A stretch of 64,000 nt of DNA, taken from Candidatus Dormiibacterota bacterium. GTDB taxonomy: Bacteria; Chloroflexota; Dormibacteria; Aeolococcales; Aeolococcaceae. The stretch is taken from the NCBI GenBank assembly GCA_963754015.1, contig CAVWEG010000005.1:215206-279205 (forward strand), read 5' to 3'. This document shows, piece by piece, positions 35,495-42,677 of this stretch. Made by a program: the position numbers and the translations under genes. A model generated the notes under the pieces. The model was not told where the DNA came from. It did not search any database and worked only from the letters and a program-made list of their open reading frames with translations. Numbering within the stretch: the first letter of the stretch is position 1; each line of letters opens with the position of its first letter.

Positions 35495-36847
35495 CTACGA
35501 GCCAGACGGGTTGACGACCGAGCGCGCAGCCTCGAGACCGGCTTCGAGACGGGTCGTGCTGACGTCGCCCTGCGTCGGAGCGCTCTCCGTCCGGACTTGC
35601 GACGCGGGCGCCACGACCTGCGCGAGGTCGTCGCGTTCGAGGAGCCGGTAGATCTCGGCCGCGCCGGCATTGGCGGGGCGGGCAACGTCCTCGAGACCGG
35701 CTCTGGCCGCTTCGGCGCCGACGAGGAGCAGCGTCACCGCGCAGGCTTCGAGGTCATCCTGCCCCATCGAGAGCGTCACCGCCTGCTCGGCGTAGCCGAG
35801 CGCTCGCAAGAGCAGGCCGCGGCGAATCGCCACCTCGGCGAGCGCGCGCGAGCCCGCCGCTGCGAGCGGATCGAGCCCGAGGCTTCGGGAGATCACCACG
35901 CTCTCGGTGAGCCGCGACGCGGCCTCGTCGTTCGCATCGGCGATCATCGCGATCCTGCCCAGATCGTGGAGGGCTTCCGCGGCAACGGTCAGATCACCCG
36001 AACGGTGGGCGCTCTCGAGCAGCTCCTCACCGTATCGCGCGGCGGCGGCGAGGTCGTTGCGCGATCTCGCAAGACCGCTGAGCGCTGCGAGCGTCCGCTC
36101 GCGAATCTGACGATCCGCGGTGCCGCACAAGGACAGCGCCTGCTCGAGGCAGAGCTCCGCGTGGGCCACATCACCGGTCTGGAATGCCTCAGCGGCGACG
36201 TCGATGAGCAGACCGGCCGTGGCCGCGCGCAGGTCACCCCGCTGATCGCGGGCCAGCGCCTCGCCGATGTTGCGCATCGCGTGGCCGCCACGACCGGCGT
36301 CGAGCTCCACGCGCGCGAGATTGACGAGTGCCTTCGCGACGATCGCGTCGTCACCCGCGCGACGGCCGAGCTCCGCCGACTTCTCGAGGAGCGCGACAGC
36401 GGTGACCGCATCACCCGCGCGTGCGGCGTGCCGGCCCCACTCACCGGCCACGGCAGCCTGGAGGACGACGTCACCGCTGCGCTCGGCAAGGCGGAGCGCA
36501 GCCTGCCAGTACACGTCGGCGGCGCCGTTGTTGCCGCCGGAGAGCGCGGTTGCGAGATCCGACATCGCGCTCGACGCCCAGTCGGCGCGAGCGAGCGACC
36601 AGACGTTCAGTGCCCCGAGAACGTCTGCGGACGCGCCGGGAGCGTCGCCGAGCAGCTGGCGTGCGAGACCGCGTGCCAGGAGCGCCGTCCCCCGTTGCTC
36701 AGGATGCCCGTCCTCGGACAGATGGTCGAGCGCGCGGTCATACGCGGAGACCGCATCGGCGAGGCGACCCTCGCGGAGAGCGGCAGCCCCGGCTGCGAGG
36801 TCGTCCGGTCGATCCGGCTGCACTGCGGCGTTTGGTTGTAGAGACAC
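35495..36847 (-). CDS. TPR / helical-repeat protein (450 aa)
   Basis: Ala/Leu-rich repeats of about 34-40 aa (e.g. GDLTVAAEALHDLGRIAMIADANDEAASRLTESVVISRSLG). No TM segment. GTG start. Confidence 0.65.
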   Translation of the reverse strand: MSLQPNAAVQPDRPDDLAAGAAALREGRLADAVSAYDRALDHLSEDGHPEQRGTALLARGLARQLLGDAPGASADVLGALNVWSLARADWASSAMSDLATALSGGNNGAADVYWQAALRLAERSGDVVLQAAVAGEWGRHAARAGDAVTAVALLEKSAELGRRAGDDAIVAKALVNLARVELDAGRGGHAMRNIGEALARDQRGDLRAATAGLLIDVAAEAFQTGDVAHAELCLEQALSLCGTADRQIRERTLAALSGLARSRNDLAAAARYGEELLESAHRSGDLTVAAEALHDLGRIAMIADANDEAASRLTESVVISRSLGLDPLAAAGSRALAEVAIRRGLLLRALGYAEQAVTLSMGQDDLEACAVTLLLVGAEAARAGLEDVARPANAGAAEIYRLLERDDLAQVVAPASQVRTESAPTQGDVSTTRLEAGLEAARSVVNPSGS

Positions 36848-37005
36848 GGCTGACCAGAAGTTTCCAGGACTGGGGCATGCATCCGTTCGCCTGTAACAGT
36901 GGGTGGTGCGGCATCGTTACGAGACCTTCGTCTGGCGAGACGGCGCGCCGCTTAGGCTCACGTGAGTGAGCGAGGCCATCCGCGACCGAGCGCGCGTGTC
37001 TGACC

Positions 37006-38391
37006 GTGGTGACTGAAGCCGTGAGCCGGGAGCTCACTCAGCCCGGTCCAGCACGCGCCCCAAGCGGCTCCGAACGACCCGCGGGGCGTCTGCCGATGCG
37101 CAGACCACGCTCCGATTCGACGAGCATGCCAACACGCGATCGCAGGGTCGGCATCGAGCGCACGATCGAGCTGAGCCGCTGGATGGTGCTCATCTTCGCC
37201 GCGGTGGCCAACAACTTCCCCGGTCTCGCGACCGGACAGTCGACGGCCGCCGTCAACCTCGTCCTCGGTAGCTGGGGCGTCTTCAACCTCGCGGCGACCG
37301 TGATGCTTCTCGCCCATCGCGTCCCCGGACGCCGCCTCCAGATCGCGACCATCGCGCTGGACCTCGCGGTCGCCAGCGGGCTCGTCTATCTCACCGGCGG
37401 CTACAACTCCGACCTCGCAGTCACGTTCTTCATCGTCGTGATCGCCAGCAGCCTGCGCTTCGGACTCGTCTCGAGCATGGCGTGCGCCGTCGTTGCCGGG
37501 CTTGCGTATTTCATCGTCGGATTCAATGTCGCAAACGGGCACCTGGACACGACGCTCGTGGACGCGCTCGTGTCGCGACTCTTCCTGCTCTTCGTTGTTG
37601 CGCTCAGCAGCAACCTGCTCGCGCGCGAGCTCGTTGGTGAACGCGACCGTCAGCTGCGCAGGTCCATCGAGCTCGAGCACGCGGCGTTCGCGGAGCTGCG
37701 TGAGGTCGATCGCATCAAGAGCGAGTTCATGATGCTTGCCTCGCACGAATTACGCACACCGCTCACGAAGATCAAGGCGTGGCTGACGTTGATGCACGAC
37801 GCCGGCGATCGACTGCCCCAGGACGCGCGTGATGAAGGCCTGCACGAGCTGCGCCTCGAGGCGGAGCATCTCGCGCGGCTCACCGACAACCTGCTCTGCA
37901 TCGCGCAGCTCGAGTCCGGCGAGATCCGGCTCAAGACAGCAGCCGTGGACCTCGAGAACGTCTTCCGCGAAGTGATCGCCCGATTCGTCGAGTCCGCCGA
38001 CCACGATCGTTTCGCGATCACCGTCGCACCCGATGCGCAACGAGTGCTCGCGGACCACGAGCGCCTCGCGCTCGTTGTCGCTTGTCTCATCGATAACGCG
38101 CTCAAGTTCTCGCCGGAGTCCGAGCCCGTGCGCGTCACCACGTATCGCGCGGTGAACAAGGTGCATGTCGAAGTCCGCGACAACGGACGGCGCATCCCTG
38201 ACAGCGACGTCGACCGTGTGTTCGCATCCTTCTATCAGGTGGAGTCGCCGTTGCTGCGCCAGCGCGGTGGGTTCGGCGTCGGCCTCTACCTCGCGCGCCA
38301 GCTCATCGAGCGTATGGGCGGGCGCATCTGGATCGACAACTCACGAGCTCGCGGCAACACGTTTGTCGTCGCGCTCCCGGTGCACGTGTGA
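37006..38391 (+). CDS. membrane sensor histidine kinase (HisKA + HATPase_c)
   Basis: About 5 TM segments, then H-box FMMLASHELRTPLTKIKAW, N-box IDNALKFSP and G2 GGFGVGLYLARQL. The start is uncertain (GTG 37006; ATG 37096 or 37126). Confidence 0.88.
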   Translation: MVTEAVSRELTQPGPARAPSGSERPAGRLPMRRPRSDSTSMPTRDRRVGIERTIELSRWMVLIFAAVANNFPGLATGQSTAAVNLVLGSWGVFNLAATVMLLAHRVPGRRLQIATIALDLAVASGLVYLTGGYNSDLAVTFFIVVIASSLRFGLVSSMACAVVAGLAYFIVGFNVANGHLDTTLVDALVSRLFLLFVVALSSNLLARELVGERDRQLRRSIELEHAAFAELREVDRIKSEFMMLASHELRTPLTKIKAWLTLMHDAGDRLPQDARDEGLHELRLEAEHLARLTDNLLCIAQLESGEIRLKTAAVDLENVFREVIARFVESADHDRFAITVAPDAQRVLADHERLALVVACLIDNALKFSPESEPVRVTTYRAVNKVHVEVRDNGRRIPDSDVDRVFASFYQVESPLLRQRGGFGVGLYLARQLIERMGGRIWIDNSRARGNTFVVALPVHV

Positions 38392-38551
38392 ACAACACGA
38401 CACGCACCGCCGCCGTTCAATCGCGCGTGTTCCGGTTGCAGACACGTAAAGACGGGCAACGCCTGCGTAACCACGGGAATCGCGTCCAGCCTGCGGTGCT
38501 ACCTTGCAGCGGTGGGCACGTTTGGTGCGCTCGACCCGAAGTGAAGGACAG

Positions 38552-39364
38552 ATGACGACGTTCACCGAATCCATCCTGGCGCCGCTCGGCCACGGAGTCG
38601 TTCGCGCTCCCGCCGAAGCGACGGTGCTGGTCATCGACGACGACCCCGCGATGCGCGACATCCTGTCGACGGTTGCGCAGCAGCACGGGTTCGGCCTGCA
38701 GTTCGCCGAGGACGGCGCTGAAGGCCTCCGTCTCGCCGAGCAGAGCGATGTCGACCTCATCCTGCTCGACCTCAGCCTCCCGGGCATGCCGGGCCTCGAC
38801 GTCTGCCGGCGCCTCCGCGGCGCAGGTGTCGAAGTGCCGATCATCATCCTGTCGGCAAGCACGGACACGGTCGACGTCGTCGTCGCCCTCGAGATCGGCG
38901 CCGACGACTACATCGCCAAACCCTTCGAGATCCGTGAGCTTGCCGCCCGCGTCAACGCGAAGCTTCGCCGGCAACGGACCTCGCAGTCGCAGGTACGCCC
39001 CGGCCGTCTGAAGTTCCCGGGCCTCATCGTCGACATCGGACGCCACGAGGTGCTCCGCGACGGCGAGTCGGTGAACCTCACCCCGACCGAGTTCGACCTG
39101 CTTGCGCTCCTCTCGGCGTCGCCGGGCCGCGTCATCTCGCGATCCGAGATGATCCAGAAGGTCTGGGGCCAGGGCGCCGACCTCGACCTGCGCAGCGTCG
39201 ATGCGCACGTCTACCGGCTGCGCCGCAAGATCGAGCCCTCCGGGCCGCGACCGACCTATATCCACGCGGTCCCGGGAATCGGCTATCGCTTCGAGCGCCG
39301 CGGCCTCAACGAACGGTTGTCGCGGAGTGCGGCCGAGTCCGAAGAGACCGGCCTAGCCAGCTGA
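38552..39364 (+). CDS. OmpR/PhoB-family DNA-binding response regulator
   Basis: REC (VLVIDDDPAMRD...DLILLDLSLPGMPG...KPF) plus a winged helix (LTPTEFDLLALLSASPGRVISRSEMIQKVWG...VYRLRRKIE...GIGYRF). ATG after GAAGGA. Confidence 0.92.
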   Translation: MTTFTESILAPLGHGVVRAPAEATVLVIDDDPAMRDILSTVAQQHGFGLQFAEDGAEGLRLAEQSDVDLILLDLSLPGMPGLDVCRRLRGAGVEVPIIILSASTDTVDVVVALEIGADDYIAKPFEIRELAARVNAKLRRQRTSQSQVRPGRLKFPGLIVDIGRHEVLRDGESVNLTPTEFDLLALLSASPGRVISRSEMIQKVWGQGADLDLRSVDAHVYRLRRKIEPSGPRPTYIHAVPGIGYRFERRGLNERLSRSAAESEETGLAS

Positions 39365-39730
39365 CTGCTGCGGGGGATGCCACTTCGGGCGGCCGTTGAG
39401 GCCGCGAGAGAAGGTTCGGCGCTGCCGCGGACCGGACTCCTCGACAAGGACGAGCTGTCCACGATCGTTGAGCGTCGCGGGCCGCGCTTCGACGATCTGC
39501 GTTCGGAGCAACGAGAGTGGACGACCGTGCGGCCGCTCGAACTCGTAGCACATCGCCTCGTGGCCGTCCCAGAGACGCCGCTTCGAGGCGCCGGTGAAGA
39601 CCGCGAGACTGCGGGTGACTCGGCGGAGCTGGGGGGTCTGCAGGCTGTACGAAATCCTGTACATCTCACCACGACGCAGCTGGAAACTCTCCACCTCTCC
39701 GTGATGGTCTGCACGCTGTGCATTCATCAT
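39353..39730 (-). CDS. hypothetical protein (125 aa)
   Basis: ORF with GC-rich third positions starting from the tandem ATG ATG at 39730/39727. No motif recognised. Its 3' end overlaps the response-regulator gene by 12 nt. Confidence 0.4.
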   Translation of the reverse strand: MMNAQRADHHGEVESFQLRRGEMYRISYSLQTPQLRRVTRSLAVFTGASKRRLWDGHEAMCYEFERPHGRPLSLLRTQIVEARPATLNDRGQLVLVEESGPRQRRTFSRGLNGRPKWHPPQQSAG

Positions 39731-39879
39731 TACTTGGAAGTATTGACGCGTTCTGTGCCGCGTCCTCGGACCGCGAGTGACGCGCGGGTGACAGAGCGCC
39801 ATCGTCTCGCTGGTCCGCTTTCCCGCCCCGACCCGTGTTGGCTATCGAGTTGCGGTGCAAACTATTGGGCAGGGGACAA

Positions 39880-40665
39880 GTGACCACATCCATTGCATGC
39901 GTGTCTGGAAAGGGCGGGGTGGGCAAGACCACGACCGTCATCAACCTCGGCGCCGCGCTCGCCGAGCGGGGAAAACACGTCCTGTTGGTGGACTGTGACC
40001 CGCAGTCGAACCTCACGAGTGGCGTCGGGCTCGACCCATATGACGAGCGGCCCGGGATTGCGGCCGTGATTGCGGGCAGCGTCGACGCCGGCGATGCGAT
40101 CGTCGAGACCGGGTGGCCGAACCTCTTCGTGCTTCCCGCTTCGCCGGACCTGTCCGCCGTCGAGGGCGAGCTCGCCTCCTCCATCGACAAGGAGCTCGTC
40201 CTGCGTGACGCACTCCGTCGCGACGGACGGCGCGCGACCTTCGACTACGTCCTCTTCGACACGCCGCCGAGCTTCGGGTTTCACACGATCAGCGCGCTGG
40301 CCGCGGCGGGCGAGGTGCTGATCCCGGTGCAGATGTCCGGGTTTGCGATCCGCGGACTGAAAGAGGTGCTGCGCACCGTCCACCTTGTCCGCAGCCGGCT
40401 CAATCCCGACCTCGCGATCCTCGGCATCGTCCCCACGTTCGTCAACCTGCGCACGAAGTTCAGCCGCCAGCTCCTCGACGGCCTCTGCGAGCTCGCGAAC
40501 ATTCGCGTCTTCGCGACGGTGATCACCCCGACGGTCAAGCTCCAGGAGACGTCGCTTGCGGGCATTCCCATCACCGCGTACGCCTCATCGTCCAAGGCAG
40601 CTGCCGCATATCGCGAGCTCGCCGGCGAGGTCATGACCGAGGACGAGGTGCTGGCGAGTGTCTGA
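39880..40665 (+). CDS. parA: ParA/Soj-family partition ATPase (261 aa)
   Basis: Deviant Walker [46 protein letters not shown] 39880 follows AGGGGA. Confidence 0.88.
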   Translation: MTTSIACVSGKGGVGKTTTVINLGAALAERGKHVLLVDCDPQSNLTSGVGLDPYDERPGIAAVIAGSVDAGDAIVETGWPNLFVLPASPDLSAVEGELASSIDKELVLRDALRRDGRRATFDYVLFDTPPSFGFHTISALAAAGEVLIPVQMSGFAIRGLKEVLRTVHLVRSRLNPDLAILGIVPTFVNLRTKFSRQLLDGLCELANIRVFATVITPTVKLQETSLAGIPITAYASSSKAAAAYRELAGEVMTEDEVLASV

Positions 40666-41335
40666 GATCGGCGAACGATCCGCCCAAGGCGCCAACGGTC
40701 CACCGCTCTCGGGTCCCATGGCGCGATGGCTGGCGCCGACATCGGAGTCACGCGTCGAGCGGATCCCCATCGACGCCGTCCACGACCGTCCATGGTGGCC
40801 GGGGAGCGACGTCGATGCCGCGACCCTCTCCGCGCTGCGCGCGAGCATCGCATCTCGCGGGATCATCGAACCCCTGCTGCTGCGGCGCCGTGGGAGCGAT
40901 CGCTTCGAGGTGGTGTGTGGCTCACGGCGGCTTCGCGCAGCTCGAGAGCTCGGCCAGACGCACATCCCGGCCATCGTGCGCGAGCTGTCCGAACGTGAAG
41001 CCCTCCTCGTCGCGGCGTGGACGACCGTCGAACGCCGCCAGCACACCGGCGATCGCACCGCGCTCAGCGAGCGACTCCTGGCGGCCGGGTTCACGCAGGA
41101 CGAGACCCGCGTGCTTGCCGACCAGCCGTCGCTCGCCGTCGGACACGCCGTCGCACAGACCGCCCCGCCGTCCTTCGTACTTCGACCCAACCCGCTGTCG
41201 CGGCCCCGGCGCTTTGCCGCGGACATCGCGTTCGACATCCCCCACGCCGAAGTCCTGCCACTCATGGCGCCAGAGGCGCTTGCGACTGCGCTCGCCGCGC
41301 TGCACGGCGTGAGCCCGGTCGCGCTGGTGCGGTGA
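40658..41335 (+). CDS. minimal ParB/Srx-fold protein (225 aa; N-terminal CTPase-type domain plus degenerate HTH, no canonical C-terminal dimerisation domain)
   Basis: [10 protein letters not shown]...[60 protein letters not shown]. The GxRRxRAA box is conserved. The GTG start overlaps the 3' end of parA (8 nt). Confidence 0.75.
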   Translation: MSEIGERSAQGANGPPLSGPMARWLAPTSESRVERIPIDAVHDRPWWPGSDVDAATLSALRASIASRGIIEPLLLRRRGSDRFEVVCGSRRLRAARELGQTHIPAIVRELSEREALLVAAWTTVERRQHTGDRTALSERLLAAGFTQDETRVLADQPSLAVGHAVAQTAPPSFVLRPNPLSRPRRFAADIAFDIPHAEVLPLMAPEALATALAALHGVSPVALVR

Positions 41336-41886
41336 GCGCGGTCCCACGCCACTCGGAGGAGGAGCTGCGACAGCAGTGGGCCTTCCTTGATGCGCTGGTG
41401 GACCGGCAGGCCGCGAGTTTGAAGTCGGGCAACCAGGATCCCGAGGAGGAGGACCTCACGGTCGCCGCGACGGCGGCACCCGCCGACGGCCACTACCTGG
41501 AGGAGATCTCGGCGCTCTCCCGGCGGGTCACGACGCTCGAGGCCGAGCGCGCCACGCTGCTCCGCCGTATCGATCTCGCGGAGCAAGCACGCATGGCGGC
41601 CGAGGCGGGACGAGCGGCAGCCGAGACCGCGCGCGCAACTGCCGAACGCGCGCTGGCGGACGCTCAGGTACGGGAGCTGCAGCCACCCAAGGTCGCGCCG
41701 GCCGAGGTTGCCGCCGCTGCAAGCTCAGAGGCCCCGGTCGCCTCGGTGGCCCCAGCTCCTGTCGCGGCGCCCAAGCCCGCAGCGCCGCCGGCGCCACCCG
41801 TCGCGAAGAAGCCCGCGCCGCCGGCGCGCAAAGCCCCGGCGTCGAAGGCACGACGTCGCAGCTGGTGGCAACGCTTCAGGGAGTAG
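41332..41886 (+). CDS. coiled-coil protein with Pro/Ala-rich region and basic Trp-Trp C-terminus (184 aa)
   Basis: GTG 41332 overlaps the ParB-like stop (GTGA). Contains the heptad-like segment LEEISALSRRVTTLEAERATLLRRIDLAEQARMAAEAGRAAAETARATAERALADAQ, then PAPVAAPKPAAPPAPPVAKKPAPPARK, ending KARRRSWWQRFRE. Confidence 0.6.
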   Translation: MSAVPRHSEEELRQQWAFLDALVDRQAASLKSGNQDPEEEDLTVAATAAPADGHYLEEISALSRRVTTLEAERATLLRRIDLAEQARMAAEAGRAAAETARATAERALADAQVRELQPPKVAPAEVAAAASSEAPVASVAPAPVAAPKPAAPPAPPVAKKPAPPARKAPASKARRRSWWQRFRE

Positions 41887-42658
41887 CTGCTCCAGCAGGC
41901 CTCGGGCGCCGGCCCTGAGCCATTCCCACGAACTGGCGGAGCGCCTCCGTCGGCGACGGCCGCGTGGCGACCTCGCGGAGCAGCATCTTGCTCTCGGTCA
42001 GCAGCTCCTGGTCCGGCAGCTCGCCGCGGCCGGATGTGGCAACCACCCACCCGGGCGAGTACCAGAGGACGGTCTCGAACGCGAGGCCGCTGAGGGTGAG
42101 GCCGTTGAGGAGCGAGTCGGTGATTCGTGACAACGGCCGTTTCGCGTTGGTGACAACGATGCCCCGGATGCGATCGAGCACTTCGAGCTGTTGCGCGAGC
42201 CCGACGGTCAACGCGGCCGCGCGCAGCGACAGAATGTCGAGCGCCGTCGGGACGACGATCCGGTCGGCTGCTCCCATGGGTCCGAGCAGCGACGGTTCAT
42301 GAGGATGCGTGTCGAGCAGGATGATGTCGCAATCGTCACGAACCTCAGCGAGCATCTCCTCGAGTTGCTCCTTCGATGGCGATTCGTCGTTCAGGCTTCG
42401 ATGTGACGCAACTGTACGGATGCCGAGCGGGTGATCGATGAGCGCATCACGAAGACTGACGCGCCCGTGCAGCACGTCGATCACGGTGACGCTGCGCTTC
42501 GCCCGCTCGAGCGCATTGCTCAATCCGCCAGTCGGATCGAGGTCGATGGCGATGACTTTGAGACCACCTGCGGCCGCGGCGGCGCAGAGTGCATAGCTGG
42601 TGGTCGTCTTTCCGACACCACCTTTTAGCGACGCTATCGTGATGACTTCTGCAGGCAC
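41876..42658 (-). CDS. second ParA/MinD-family ATPase (TadZ/CpaE-like core without receiver-like domain; 260 aa)
   Basis: (V)[52 protein letters not shown] 42658 is preferred. The upstream ATG 42679 would add the rare codons TGC GGA TAT TCT. Confidence 0.8.
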   Translation of the reverse strand: MPAEVITIASLKGGVGKTTTSYALCAAAAAGGLKVIAIDLDPTGGLSNALERAKRSVTVIDVLHGRVSLRDALIDHPLGIRTVASHRSLNDESPSKEQLEEMLAEVRDDCDIILLDTHPHEPSLLGPMGAADRIVVPTALDILSLRAAALTVGLAQQLEVLDRIRGIVVTNAKRPLSRITDSLLNGLTLSGLAFETVLWYSPGWVVATSGRGELPDQELLTESKMLLREVATRPSPTEALRQFVGMAQGRRPRPAGAATP

Positions 42659-42671
42659 GTCGGTAGAATAT
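42642..42671. promoter_or_regulatory. candidate bidirectional promoter with overlapping -10 elements; both flanking genes appear leaderless
   Basis: Plus strand: ATGACT (42642-47), 16 nt, TAGAAT (42664-69), then 8 nt to ATG 42678. Minus strand: TATTCT (42670-65), then 6 nt to GTG 42658. The whole intergenic gap is 19 nt. Confidence 0.35.
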
Positions 42672-42677
42672 CCGCAC

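Noticed and set aside
39353-39730. PilZ (c-di-GMP binding) assignment for the 125-aa hypothetical protein
   Set aside because: RRGEMYR has the wrong spacing for the RxxxR motif, and no D/NxSxxG motif follows.
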